Assembly: GCA_028286685.1 (NCBI GenBank)
Contig: JAQBRA010000004.1
Coordinates: forward strand, 120,300-184,299
Length of the DNA stretch: 64,000 nucleotides
Direction: 5' to 3'
Source: Candidatus Adlerbacteria bacterium
GTDB taxonomy: Bacteria > Patescibacteriota > Minisyncoccia > Phycocordibacterales > SBAW01
Numbering within the stretch: the first letter of the stretch is position 1; each line of letters starts with the position of its first letter. Shown in pieces: positions 19,354 to 29,127 of this stretch. Made by a program: the position numbers and the translations under genes. The notes under the pieces are model-generated. The model did no database searches. It had not been told where the DNA came from and worked only from the letters and a program-made list of their open reading frames with translations.

Positions 19354-20574
19354 TCATTTTGCCTGGTATTTTTCCAGGAAGCTGTCGCGATACTGCTCGA
19401 AGGTGCCGTCTAGAATACTCTCGCGGATCTTTTTCGTGAGCTGAGTTAAGAAGTAGATGTTGTGCTGCGAAGCCAGGACCAAGCCCAGCATTTCTTTGGT
19501 ACGGAAGAGGTGGTGCACGTAGGCGCGGCTGTAGTCGGTGCATGTCGGGCATTCGCAGCCCTCATCCAAGGGCCCCCAATCCTCCCGGTAAGCCGAGGCG
19601 GTAATCTGGTACTTCCCTGTTTTGGCATACACGCCGCCGGTGCGGCCGTTGCGCGTAGGCAAGACGCAGTCAAAGGTGTCGATGCCTGCAGCCACGCCAA
19701 TAAAAATATCCTCAGGCTCGCCGATGCCTAAAAGGTGGCGCGGCTTTTCTTTGGGCAGCTCAGCATTTACCTTCTCCAATATTCCCAATATGTCCCACTT
19801 GCTGAACGAGCCGCCGATGCCGTAGCCGTCAAAATCCATGCTTGCGAGCTCGCGCGCGCTTTCAAGCCGCAAATCCTCAAAGCGCCCGCCCTGCACGATG
19901 CCATAGAGGCCCTGTGCCTGGTTTGCTTTAATATTCTGGCGGTGCGCCTTAAGGCTGCGCAGCGCCCAGCGATGCGTGCGGTCCATCGCCTCTTTCTGGT
20001 ACTGATGCGGCTCGTTGGGCGCCGTGCATTCGTCGAAAGCGTAGATGATATCCGCGCCGAGCTTGTGCTGGATCTCAATGCTGCGCTCGGCCGTAAAGCG
20101 GTGCAGCGTGCCATCGACATGCGAGGTAAAGGAAACTCCTTCCTCGTCCACTATGGCCAGGCGGCCGTGGCTTGAGGCCAGCTCGGCGTCATAGACCGCA
20201 ATCGCGTCCTCCCGCGCCGCTTGCTCGGGCAGGAACTTGGATAGCTTGACCCCGAACGCCGCGCCCAGGGAAAATACCTGGAAGCCGCCCGAGTCGGTCA
20301 TGATCGGGCCTTTAAAATTCATAAACTTGTGTATGCCGCCCGCGCGGGCCACAAGATCCTCGCCGGGCGAGAGGTACAGGTGGTAGGTGTTGGCGATAAT
20401 CCCCTGTACGCCCAGCTTGCCCCAGTTAGCCTGGTCGACGCCCTTGGCGGTCGCCTTGGTAGCGACAATGGTAAAGGACGGCGTCTGAATGTCGCCGTGC
20501 GGGGTACTCAAAACTCCCGCCCTCGCCATGGAGTTCGGGAGTTCTTTCTCTATAGTGAAGTTAATGGGACGCAT
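19354..20574 (-). CDS. tgt: Queuine tRNA-ribosyltransferase
   Basis: 406 aa TIM-barrel tRNA-guanine transglycosylase with zinc-site motif CxCxxC...H (CECPTCTDYSRAYVHH). Confidence 0.9.
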   Translation of the reverse strand: MRPINFTIEKELPNSMARAGVLSTPHGDIQTPSFTIVATKATAKGVDQANWGKLGVQGIIANTYHLYLSPGEDLVARAGGIHKFMNFKGPIMTDSGGFQVFSLGAAFGVKLSKFLPEQAAREDAIAVYDAELASSHGRLAIVDEEGVSFTSHVDGTLHRFTAERSIEIQHKLGADIIYAFDECTAPNEPHQYQKEAMDRTHRWALRSLKAHRQNIKANQAQGLYGIVQGGRFEDLRLESARELASMDFDGYGIGGSFSKWDILGILEKVNAELPKEKPRHLLGIGEPEDIFIGVAAGIDTFDCVLPTRNGRTGGVYAKTGKYQITASAYREDWGPLDEGCECPTCTDYSRAYVHHLFRTKEMLGLVLASQHNIYFLTQLTKKIRESILDGTFEQYRDSFLEKYQAK

Positions 20575-20583
20575 GAATGATTA

Positions 20584-20647
20584 CTATAACCGAGGATAGC
20601 GAGGGGAGAAAGCTTGCTTTCTCATTCCGAGCGGCGCAGGTTATATG
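20584..20647 (-). promoter_or_regulatory. Conserved upstream element copy B (tgt leader/promoter), with internal hairpin GAGAAAGC-TT-GCTTTCTC
   Basis: Same flanking conserved blocks as copy A; the hairpin differs in sequence but keeps an 8-bp stem (covariation). Confidence 0.5.
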
Positions 20648-20665
20648 CTTGCATATATAAAAAAT

Positions 20666-20690
20666 GCGGGCCGCCCGATAGGGCGGCCCG
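20666..20690 (-). terminator. Intrinsic terminator (GGGCCGCCC-GATA-GGGCGGCCC plus TTTTTT in minus sense)
   Basis: Perfect 9-bp GC stem followed by a T-run, downstream of gene 20716..21096. Confidence 0.7.
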
Positions 20691-20715
20691 TTCTTGGAGG
20701 CGTTGAGCAAAAAGC

Positions 20716-21096
20716 TCAGTGCTCGTGCTGCAAACGAGCATGGAAGATAAGTGCGGCAGTGTCGCCATCGATTTCGTTGATGCCAACATTGCAGTCGCAG
20801 GCGAGCAGATGCACATCCGCATCAACCAGCGCCTCAATATCCAGCAGCCCGCCGATCGTTCCGTCGGTGGCAACGCCCGCCTCGCTCAGAGCGGCGGCGA
20901 TAGGTTCCAGGATCGTCCCTGCTATCGGCAAGGCTCGTACGTACGACTCGCCTTTTAATTCGATGTCGTGAAAGAGCCGGAATTTCCGGTCGGGATGCTC
21001 TTTGAAGAACTTCATCGCCGAGCGAAGCAGGTTGGCCCGCGACGGAATGGGAAGCGCGGCTGCCTCGAGAGCAGACACCTTCACTTGGTCGTTCAT
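20716..21096 (-). CDS. Hypothetical protein (126 aa)
   Basis: Clean ORF with a terminator; no confident motif. Confidence 0.45.
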   Translation of the reverse strand: MNDQVKVSALEAAALPIPSRANLLRSAMKFFKEHPDRKFRLFHDIELKGESYVRALPIAGTILEPIAAALSEAGVATDGTIGGLLDIEALVDADVHLLACDCNVGINEIDGDTAALIFHARLQHEH

Positions 21097-21210
21097 GGGA
21101 AAGAACTCCTCTAGGGTTTTGAGCTAGCATGCTGCCCTGCTCTTATGCCGACTATAACAAAACCCCGTCTTTTTACAACGGGATTTTGTATTCAGATATT
21201 TTTCTATTTT

Positions 21211-21732
21211 TTACTGCAAAGTGCCTTCCAAGTTAGGGACGCTCGGGCCCGGCGTGATACTGACCATCTCAACCTCGAAAATAAGAGTCGAGTTGCCCGG
21301 TATAGGGCCGTAGTCCTGGGCGCCGTACGCAAGGCCCGGAGGGACCAAGAGCAGGCGCTTGCCGCCAACCTGCATGCCCACGAGCCCCTGGTCCCAGCCC
21401 GGTATTACCTGTCCGGCACCCAAGGTAAAGCTGTACGGGGCCTTGCCGACCGAAGTGTCGAACACGGTGCCGTCTTGCAGGCGGCCGGTGTAGTTAACTG
21501 AAACCAAATCGCCCGGCGCGGCAGCGGGGCCGGTGCCCACCGTTTCATCCTGCATGAGGAGCTGCGAAGGGGCCTCTGCCTGCTGTGCCGGCTGCGGTGC
21601 GCTCGGCAACCCGAACGGAACGCCCAAGATAAAAAAGATGCCGACTACGATTAAGGTGACCGTAACGGCGATACTGACCTGCAAAGTGCGTTTAGACATA
21701 GGGCAACTATACCGCTCGACCAGCGGGACCAC
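21211..21732 (-). CDS. FKBP-type peptidyl-prolyl cis-trans isomerase with N-terminal signal/anchor
   Basis: FKBP core VSVNYTGRLQDGTVFDTS...GWDQGLVGMQVGGKRLLLVPPGLAYG. Confidence 0.85.
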   Translation of the reverse strand: MVPLVERYSCPMSKRTLQVSIAVTVTLIVVGIFFILGVPFGLPSAPQPAQQAEAPSQLLMQDETVGTGPAAAPGDLVSVNYTGRLQDGTVFDTSVGKAPYSFTLGAGQVIPGWDQGLVGMQVGGKRLLLVPPGLAYGAQDYGPIPGNSTLIFEVEMVSITPGPSVPNLEGTLQ

Positions 21733-21750
21733 AACCGATACTATGGGGAT

Positions 21751-22209
21751 ATGGAGATACCGTTTTACCGGCAGGAAAACGAGGGGTATTGCGGCCCGGC
21801 CGTGCTGCAGATGGCGCTGGCGGCATTAGGAACGGATTTAAGCCAGAAAGAGCTGGCGGAGGAGGCGTATACGCCGCTCAATGACCCGGACCACGGCACG
21901 GAAGTTGCGGACATGGTGCGCGTATTGGAGGCCCATGGCGCGCGCGTACAGGCGCAAAACGGAACGGCCTTGGCTGATGTTGCTGCAGCGCTCGAGGCGG
22001 GAAAGATAGCAGTGATCGCTTTTACCGAGCGGCACTACGGCTGGGGCCACTACTCCATAATTAAAAAAATCGACGCGACTCACGTGCACTTGCTGGACCC
22101 CGATGAGGACAGCGGCGGAGAGCCAATGGCCCGCGAAGAATTTGAATCTCGGTGGCAGGACCCTAAGCACACCAAGACGGACCACTGGGCGGCCTTTGTC
22201 GGCGCTTAG
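21751..22209 (+). CDS. Papain-like cysteine peptidase C39-like domain protein
   Basis: YCGPAVLQMAL motif with a downstream His; 152 aa. Confidence 0.6.
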   Translation: MEIPFYRQENEGYCGPAVLQMALAALGTDLSQKELAEEAYTPLNDPDHGTEVADMVRVLEAHGARVQAQNGTALADVAAALEAGKIAVIAFTERHYGWGHYSIIKKIDATHVHLLDPDEDSGGEPMAREEFESRWQDPKHTKTDHWAAFVGA

Positions 22210-22212
22210 TTC

Positions 22213-23205
22213 TTATTGATTCGGATGCTCCGGAAAGGCGATATTTGCCCGCTCTACTGCGGCAGCCTCTCCCACGTCTCCCTCGGAGGCGGACAGCGAA
22301 ACGCTGGCGCTCTGCGAAGTCATTGCAGGGAGGAATTTGCTATTGGCGCCCAGAAGCAGTACGACCGCCAGGGCGGCTGCAATGCCCGGCAGCAGGAGGT
22401 CGGTAGGCTGGACCTGGATGCGGATAAAGAAGGTAAGCGCCAAGACGGTGATAAGCACCGCGGCGATAGTAGCGAGTATCCATGATGCGGCCGGGCCGGA
22501 CTCGGTAAAGAGGTTTGCGGCAAAGCGCGTCGCAGACTGCATAAAAGATCCTGCGGGCGCGGGTCCTATTTCGGCGCCGGCTACGGGGTCGGTTGCCTCG
22601 GGCACGCTAGAAACCTGGGGACCGGCTGCGACTCCAGCCGCTGGCGAGGCAAAGAATTGCACGACGAAGGTCGCCATTTCCCCCTTGTACCGGCCTTCTG
22701 CGATACCGACGCCGATTTCCTGGTACTGCGCCTTAGCTATATTGGCGCGGTGCGTAGGCGACGCCATCCAGGCATCCACGACGTCTTTGGAGTCGTTAAA
22801 CCTGACCGCCAGATTTTCTCCCGCGTATACGTAGTTATAGCCTTGCCGCTCGAACCATACCCACGGCTGCTCGCCGCTCGGAGTCACGTGGCTAAAGTAT
22901 CCTTTGGACGCCATGTCTTGCGCCTTTGCCTGCGCTGCGGCGTTTAGGGTTTCGTTCTCGCGCAGTTCCCCGCGGCCCAGATCGGTGCGGGCTTCTTGGG
23001 TTATGCCGATAACGTCAGCGCGCACTACCGCCGCCAAAAATACATTGGGACCTTCTTTGAGCGCCGTGTGCCCGAGTATGACGCCCTCGCTTACGAGCGC
23101 CAAGCCTAAAAAGGCTACGAGCCAGTTGCGGCGCAGGATGTGCGGCCGGTGCGAGTTTCCGCGCCACGGCAAAAGATGGTTTTTAATGGTGCGCCAAAGC
23201 CGCAT
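22213..23205 (-). CDS. CAP/SCP (YkwD-like) domain membrane protein
   Basis: N-terminal TM helix, CAP core (GYFSHVTPSGEQPWVWFERQGYNY...SPTHRANI), then a hydrophobic C-terminus. Confidence 0.65.
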   Translation of the reverse strand: MRLWRTIKNHLLPWRGNSHRPHILRRNWLVAFLGLALVSEGVILGHTALKEGPNVFLAAVVRADVIGITQEARTDLGRGELRENETLNAAAQAKAQDMASKGYFSHVTPSGEQPWVWFERQGYNYVYAGENLAVRFNDSKDVVDAWMASPTHRANIAKAQYQEIGVGIAEGRYKGEMATFVVQFFASPAAGVAAGPQVSSVPEATDPVAGAEIGPAPAGSFMQSATRFAANLFTESGPAASWILATIAAVLITVLALTFFIRIQVQPTDLLLPGIAAALAVVLLLGANSKFLPAMTSQSASVSLSASEGDVGEAAAVERANIAFPEHPNQ

Positions 23206-23276
23206 TACTCCCCTATCATACAGGCAAAAGCCCCGCTTGTGCGGGGCTTTTATGCACAGAATATGGAGAACGGGGC

Positions 23277-26200
23277 TTAATTGATGACCGCAACAGGCTT
23301 CGGCGCGTTAAGCTCGGCGCAGGTGATCTGGTTTATCTTCCACTGGGTGAGCTTGTATACCCAGCCGGTAGGCTCGGAGAGACCCCAAGGAGCGAGCACT
23401 TCGTCTGCGTACTGGGACTGGAATTTCTTGACGACGGCGTCGGTCTCAACTCCAAAGAGGCCGGTTACCGCAACGGTCGTGTTCATGTGTGCGCCTAGGA
23501 AGGTCTGGAGAAGCTTTACCTCCTCCGTGTCGTTCTTGCCGCCCATGCGCATGAAGGTGTAGAGCAACGGGGTGCTGCACACAGGGCCGATCTCGGCGCC
23601 GAGAACTTCTCCTACGCGGCTCGTATTGCGGTTGCGGCTGCCATTGCTGCGATTGGTTGAAGTAGTTACAACAACCGGTGCTTCCTCTGCTGCAATATAG
23701 GTGCGCGAGAGCGTGCTGGCAGCGGCGTTCTGGTTGCCGCTAAGATCGGCAAACTTATGCTCCTGAACAGTCGCGGAGGAAACGCTGCCGGTCGGCGTCA
23801 TGATGAAGGTCCACACGGTTGGGCTTACGGCCGTAAAGTCGCTGATGATAGCGCTACTTGCATCGATGTCGCTCATCTCAAAACCGGTTACCGGCTCTGA
23901 AAAGGTGGCGGTAACGAAGGTCGAGGATTCGCTAGTCGGATTGGAGCTGGTGGCGCTCAAGACTACGGTCGGCACCGTGGTGTCCTGAGACTCAGGCGTT
24001 GCGTCGTACGTTACGGTGCACGGCGCGGTCCATTCGGACTTGTTGCCGTTAGCATCAACCGCACGGATCTTGATCGTGTAGAGGCCCTCCCCTTCGGTAA
24101 AGGCTCCCGTGCGAGACGTAACGGTCAGGCCAGTTTCAATGTACGGATTGAGATCGTTATGCAATCCCTGGGAGGTAACCCAGTACTCGTAGGTAACGGT
24201 GCCGGAGTCGTCGGTTGAGGCGCCCCAGTTGACCGTAACGGAGCTGCTGTTGGTAGTTGCGCCACAGGCAAGAGACGGCTCAGTGAGCGTAAGGGCGCCC
24301 GGCATGGTCGGATTTTCGTCTCCCGAGGAGGGGGTTGGCGAGGTCGTGAAGGAAAGGACGGAGCCCGGGTACCACGTACCGGCTACCTGTGCCCATGCGA
24401 CAAAGTGGTACTGCGTACTAGCGGCAAGGCCGGACAGTGCATGGCTGAATGATCCGCCAGCTGGTGCGGCGCCGACGCCGGTCGGATGGTATGACCATCC
24501 GGACGGGAGCTGGCCGCTCGGGTCAACTGCGGCAGTCATAGGACCTGCGGAGGAAGCGCCCCACCAAAAGGAAGTGTTGCTTGCGGCGATAGGGCCATTG
24601 GCTCCATTAAGTGTTGCGCCATTGATGCCTACCGGATTGGCGGCATTAGTAGTAGCCGACGGGACCGCGGTCTCACCGGTGATACTGAAGGACAGTACCG
24701 AGCCCGGGTACCAGACGCCGCCTACCTGCGACCAGGCGACAAAGTAGTAGGTCGTGCCGGATGCAAGACCCGAGAGCGAGTGGCTAAACGTTGCGGCGGG
24801 TGCCGCTGCACCAAGGCCAGTCGGATGGTACGCCCATCCAGACGGGAGTTGGCCGCTCGGATCTGCCGCCTGGGTAAATGGGCCGGCATTTGTCGTACCC
24901 CACCAGAACGAGGTGTTCCCGGCAGCAACCGAGTTATTGGTTGCATTGAGAGTCGCATCGGTGGCAGTAACGCCGCTTGCTGCATTAGTGGTTACGCCGG
25001 GAGTTGCCGGAGGAGGAGTAGGGGCTGTGTCGAGCTTGACGCTCCAGATCGTGCTCCAGGCGCTCCAGTTGCCCGCTACATCGCGCGCGCGGACCTGCCA
25101 GTACCATACGCCATCCGGTGCACCCGTGGAATGGATTGTAGGATCGAGCAGAGTGCCCGAGGTCCATATCCCGCCGCCTACCAATATATCGTTGGCATCA
25201 TGCGCCGAATCGAGCGATGAGTGGAACTCGTACGTAATGTTGCCCGGCTGGTCGTCGGTAGACTCCTGCCAAGTAAAGTCGAACTCGTTGGTGTTAAGCG
25301 TAGTGCCGTTTGCAGGGCTCGTAAGAACGGGAACGGACGGAGGCACCGTATCTGCGCTGTGGTAGGTTATCGGGCACGTATTGCTCCACGCCGAGGCATT
25401 GAACGATCCGTCGTCATTAAGATTGTTATTGTTGGCATCGTTAAATGCCATTACCTCGGTCAGGAAGGTGCCGCCGTCTTCGGCAGCGCCAAAGCTGAAC
25501 CAATTGCCCATGCTCGGGCCGGTAAAGACCATATTGCTGATGACATTCCAATTCGCGCCATTGTCGGCGCTGACGCGGCGGATGTATTTGATATTGGATC
25601 CTGCGACCGTAGTCCAGCGCTGGTTGAGCGAGTTGCGGCTTTCAAGGATAGAAACGCCGGAAGGGTTGCAAGCGAGACTTATCGGGTCGGACTCAAGGTT
25701 GGCTGCCTCACCCTCTACGTTCCATCCCAAGAGCGTAGGCTTCTGGATCTGAGTCGGCTCGAAGTTAAAGGTCTTGGTGGTAAGCGTGGAGCCGTTAAGG
25801 GCACCAAAGACGAACTTGTCGATGTTCTCGGTGTAGCCGTCTGCGTACGGCTCGCCTACGCGAACACCGAGGAACGAATCGCCATCGAGTATCTCAGCAT
25901 CGGGGTAATCAACGAGGATCTCATTCCAAGTCTTGAGGGTAGTGCCGGAGACGCCTGCCTCTGCCTGCGCGGTAGTCGGCCAGGTTGCGCCCGAGTAAGA
26001 CCACTTGGCGGAGCCGTTCTGTATTGCATCCCACTCATTCCAAGAGTTCTGCACGACTGCCCCATTGTTGGCCGGGACGAAGACCAGGCGGCGCTGCCAG
26101 ATATTAGAGCCGTCGAAGCTGACGTTGAAGTTGAGGTAGCCCGAGCGATTAGCGTCGCCGCCGTTACCTGCCGAAGGATTGTACGTGCTGTACTTGAGCG

Positions 26201-28007
26201 TCTTTATGGCCGAGAGCTGCACGCCGCCGAAGGCGTAGGTAGCGAGGTTGCGGCGCTCGGTTCCGGTAACGGAAACCTGTACGCTGCCGTCGCCCAAGCT
26301 GCCGGCAGGGCCGGAAACGAACGAGCCGAGCGCGTTGTTGATGGTGTCGTTCTCGTCGTTGTAGAAGAACCACTTGCCGGAATTATTATCGGCGGCGAGG
26401 AAGCGGTCAGTCTGCGTTTCGAGATCGGCAGCCCTAACTACAATCGTGCTGTTCTGGTTATTGATCGATGGTTGCGAAGTGGAAATATCGACATTATCGA
26501 TAAGGAAGCCCTTGCCCGAGGTTGCCGGAGCAGCCGTGCCTGCAGTGCGGAAGAGGAGCGAGTCTACCGTGCGGGTCGGATTATGCTCGTCGTTGCGGAA
26601 GTAATTCTCCCAGCTGGTGCCCGTGTGCTTAAGAGCGCCGTCGATGTAGATCTTGACGACATCGTTGTTGGTGCCATCGACAAAGTCCATGACGAACTTG
26701 ATCGTGTGGGCTGCGCGGGTGAGCGTAGCAACCGGCACGTCGACAAACGTCGCATCGTCGAAGAATACGTGGATGCCGTCTGTCTGATCCTCGAAGCGCA
26801 GGTAGCTCATGCGCGCGCCGTCGCCGCGGTCCGGAGAGACCGACATGACAAGGCCCGGCTGGTAAACGGCAGTTGCGACGCCGAGGTCAAACTGCGCCTC
26901 AAAGTGCGTTTTGCGGGTGCCGCCGGACTTGCCGCCGTTCTCAGCGCTCGTCTCTCCTGCCTCGTTGGCTACGGAGTACGAGTAGGTCTGGTCTGCAAAC
27001 GAGCCCGAGGTAACTGCATTGGAGATGCGGAGCGTCTTGCAGCCAAAGTCGGTGTAGCCGTAAGTATTAGTAACAACCGCCTGGTCGAACGGACCAGTGG
27101 ATGCCCAGCCGTGCTGGCCGTTAACCGAGCCCAAGGAGTAGCCGTCAAAAGTGGTGTCATCGGAAAGGTCGCACGCAGGCACCGGTACCGGCAAGAGCAC
27201 GGAGGCCACCTGCTTGCTTATGGTGCCATTGTTGCCTACGGAAACCTGCTGGTTGCTGTAGAGGGCACCAGTTATATTGTTATTGTTTCCTATTGCAATG
27301 CCGAAGGCATCAGAGACATTACTCTTGGTGGAATACACTGTGCCGCTCCAAGCAACATTAGCACCGGTGGTAAAGGTGCCTTTTGTTTCGAGGTAGAAGT
27401 CCTGTGCAGTGCCACCAATAAGCGAGAGAGTGTTGTTGTCACCAACTACGACATTGTCGTTTGCAAAGATAACTACATCGCCACTGGTTACCGTGAGATT
27501 GATATGGACATTTGCGTGAGTAGTGATGGTATTGAAGACATACGTACCGGCTGAAAGGTTGAGGGTAGTATTGTCGTTGAGGAGAAGATTGCGGTAGGTG
27601 CCCGGAGCCAGCGTGAGGGTGCCGTTTACGGATACGGTGCGGTCGCCGGAAACAGAAGAGCTTGCAGTAAAGGAGTTGGCGGCAGGAAGAGTGACGGCAG
27701 GAGCATTTTGCACAAGGCCGCCGGTTGTGGTATTTCCGCCGACCGTGGTGGTCAGGCCAGAGCGGACGCCAGAGAAGTGTCCGTTGGCACCCAGATCAAT
27801 CTTGCTATTGCCACCAGTAAGACCGCTGGATACATGCGCATTGTTGCCCAAGGCTGTATTCGCATTTGCCGCACTGCCGGCGCCAAACACTGCAAAATCA
27901 CTAAACGTCTCTCCTGCTGCAAAAGCAGTGAGCGAAAGAGCGAGAGCGATACTAATTGCTGCAAAAAACGCAACGCCCGCGCCCAACCATCCTTTATAAG
28001 TAGTCAT
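23277..28007 (-). CDS. Giant secreted cell-surface protein (1576 aa): signal peptide, beta-rich adhesin-like regions, tandem FN3-like repeats, C-terminal peptidoglycan-binding domain
   Basis: N-terminal signal peptide, long Thr/Ser/Gly/Asn-rich beta segments, two FN3-like repeats of about 113 aa, and a C-terminal PG_binding_1-like segment (LLQTFLGAH...GLFGVETDAVVKKFQ). Confidence 0.8.
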   Translation of the reverse strand: MTTYKGWLGAGVAFFAAISIALALSLTAFAAGETFSDFAVFGAGSAANANTALGNNAHVSSGLTGGNSKIDLGANGHFSGVRSGLTTTVGGNTTTGGLVQNAPAVTLPAANSFTASSSVSGDRTVSVNGTLTLAPGTYRNLLLNDNTTLNLSAGTYVFNTITTHANVHINLTVTSGDVVIFANDNVVVGDNNTLSLIGGTAQDFYLETKGTFTTGANVAWSGTVYSTKSNVSDAFGIAIGNNNNITGALYSNQQVSVGNNGTISKQVASVLLPVPVPACDLSDDTTFDGYSLGSVNGQHGWASTGPFDQAVVTNTYGYTDFGCKTLRISNAVTSGSFADQTYSYSVANEAGETSAENGGKSGGTRKTHFEAQFDLGVATAVYQPGLVMSVSPDRGDGARMSYLRFEDQTDGIHVFFDDATFVDVPVATLTRAAHTIKFVMDFVDGTNNDVVKIYIDGALKHTGTSWENYFRNDEHNPTRTVDSLLFRTAGTAAPATSGKGFLIDNVDISTSQPSINNQNSTIVVRAADLETQTDRFLAADNNSGKWFFYNDENDTINNALGSFVSGPAGSLGDGSVQVSVTGTERRNLATYAFGGVQLSAIKTLKYSTYNPSAGNGGDANRSGYLNFNVSFDGSNIWQRRLVFVPANNGAVVQNSWNEWDAIQNGSAKWSYSGATWPTTAQAEAGVSGTTLKTWNEILVDYPDAEILDGDSFLGVRVGEPYADGYTENIDKFVFGALNGSTLTTKTFNFEPTQIQKPTLLGWNVEGEAANLESDPISLACNPSGVSILESRNSLNQRWTTVAGSNIKYIRRVSADNGANWNVISNMVFTGPSMGNWFSFGAAEDGGTFLTEVMAFNDANNNNLNDDGSFNASAWSNTCPITYHSADTVPPSVPVLTSPANGTTLNTNEFDFTWQESTDDQPGNITYEFHSSLDSAHDANDILVGGGIWTSGTLLDPTIHSTGAPDGVWYWQVRARDVAGNWSAWSTIWSVKLDTAPTPPPATPGVTTNAASGVTATDATLNATNNSVAAGNTSFWWGTTNAGPFTQAADPSGQLPSGWAYHPTGLGAAAPAATFSHSLSGLASGTTYYFVAWSQVGGVWYPGSVLSFSITGETAVPSATTNAANPVGINGATLNGANGPIAASNTSFWWGASSAGPMTAAVDPSGQLPSGWSYHPTGVGAAPAGGSFSHALSGLAASTQYHFVAWAQVAGTWYPGSVLSFTTSPTPSSGDENPTMPGALTLTEPSLACGATTNSSSVTVNWGASTDDSGTVTYEYWVTSQGLHNDLNPYIETGLTVTSRTGAFTEGEGLYTIKIRAVDANGNKSEWTAPCTVTYDATPESQDTTVPTVVLSATSSNPTSESSTFVTATFSEPVTGFEMSDIDASSAIISDFTAVSPTVWTFIMTPTGSVSSATVQEHKFADLSGNQNAAASTLSRTYIAAEEAPVVVTTSTNRSNGSRNRNTSRVGEVLGAEIGPVCSTPLLYTFMRMGGKNDTEEVKLLQTFLGAHMNTTVAVTGLFGVETDAVVKKFQSQYADEVLAPWGLSEPTGWVYKLTQWKINQITCAELNAPKPVAVIN
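24361..25040. repeat. Intragenic tandem repeat (2 units, period about 339 nt) encoding duplicated FN3-like modules
   Basis: Units begin GAGCCCGGGTACCA at 24361 and 24700; the antisense ORFs share PVGWY.HPDGSWPLGS. Confidence 0.75.
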
Positions 28008-28226
28008 CTAAATAAATCCAAAGGTTTCCCTCTTTAAGCCCTTTATAAATGCCCTGAACTCCTCATCTAACTAGCGCATCTAGAATACAACACCCCTAGA
28101 ACAAGCGCCACTATAACTGAGATGCAGCCAGTGTCACAGAACTACATGAAAAGTACATGAAGCAGACAGGTAAGAAACCCCTGAAAAGACCGGGTGCCGG
28201 CAAAAATGGGTGATACAGTTTAGGGC

Positions 28227-29012
28227 ATGAGAAGCGCGACCGCTGCATTGGGCCTTTTACTGCTTCCCTCTTTGGCGTTTGGAGCCGGGTTTGCCAAGCA
28301 GTCCATATTTCTATCAAAAAGCTCGGTAACCGAGGGCGACACCGTGCTTATCCATGCGGTAGTCCAAAACGACCTCACGGCGAAATTCCCGGGCAACTTG
28401 GTTATAAAGGACGGCGAGACCAAAGTGGGCTCGGTGCCGGTCACGCTCGACCCGGGCGAGGCCCAGGCAGTCTCAGTTTCGTGGAAACCGAGTGCCGGCA
28501 GCCACAAGATTACGGCCGAGCTGCAGGACCAGGGCGGCACCGCTGTCGAGAGCGAGTCGGAGACCTTTGCGATTAAAGCAAAGCCCAAGCCGGTCGCTGC
28601 CACCAGCAGCAAGCCGAGCTCCCAGGCCGCCGCAGCGGTAGAGTCCTCGAGCGCCATACAAGAGCAGATAGGCAACCTCTCCCCCGCCGCAGAGGGTGTT
28701 GCAGCGCCGGTATTTAAGCTGGTGGATGGCAGCCGCGAGGCTATAGCCGATGTGCTCGACAGCCAGATAGCAAAGACCAAGCCCAAGGTAACCAAGATAC
28801 CGATGCCCATGCAGGGCGAGGTCGAGGGCGCCCAGACGGTTAAAACGCCCGACCCGCAGGGCTGGGCGTCGTCTATCTTCTTTACCGTCTACTTTTATAT
28901 ATTGACCGTGCTGCGGTTTGTCGTCGGCTCGGCTGGGGTCTTCTATCCCCTGCTTGCTATTGTGTTCTTCTTTACCCTGTGGCGCATGTATAGGAGATTC
29001 AGGAGGGTCTAG
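28227..29012 (+). CDS. Secreted/anchored hypothetical protein (signal peptide, beta domain, 2 C-terminal TM helices)
   Basis: Signal peptide MRSATAALGLLLLPSLAFGAG; Pro/Ser/Ala-rich linker; C-terminal hydrophobic helices. Confidence 0.55.
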   Translation: MRSATAALGLLLLPSLAFGAGFAKQSIFLSKSSVTEGDTVLIHAVVQNDLTAKFPGNLVIKDGETKVGSVPVTLDPGEAQAVSVSWKPSAGSHKITAELQDQGGTAVESESETFAIKAKPKPVAATSSKPSSQAAAAVESSSAIQEQIGNLSPAAEGVAAPVFKLVDGSREAIADVLDSQIAKTKPKVTKIPMPMQGEVEGAQTVKTPDPQGWASSIFFTVYFYILTVLRFVVGSAGVFYPLLAIVFFFTLWRMYRRFRRV

Positions 29013-29127
29013 AAAAAACAAGGTTGTCCGGAATGTTCGCAGGAGCGTCGGCGACGGAGATAGGAAAATTCATCAGCAGGGAATTTTCTGCGTTCCGGCA
29101 AACTTCGTTTTTACTAGGCCCTAATCT

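Noticed and set aside
25221-27554. 777-aa plus-strand ORF, and other long antisense ORFs (12124..12996, 13659..14465, 17700..18440, 61955..62671, 36417..37643)
   Set aside because: They lie antisense inside well-supported genes (giant surface protein, uvrC, uvrA, uvrB, serS, GH63). Their Arg/Ala/Gly-rich low-complexity translations are typical of high-GC antisense frames.
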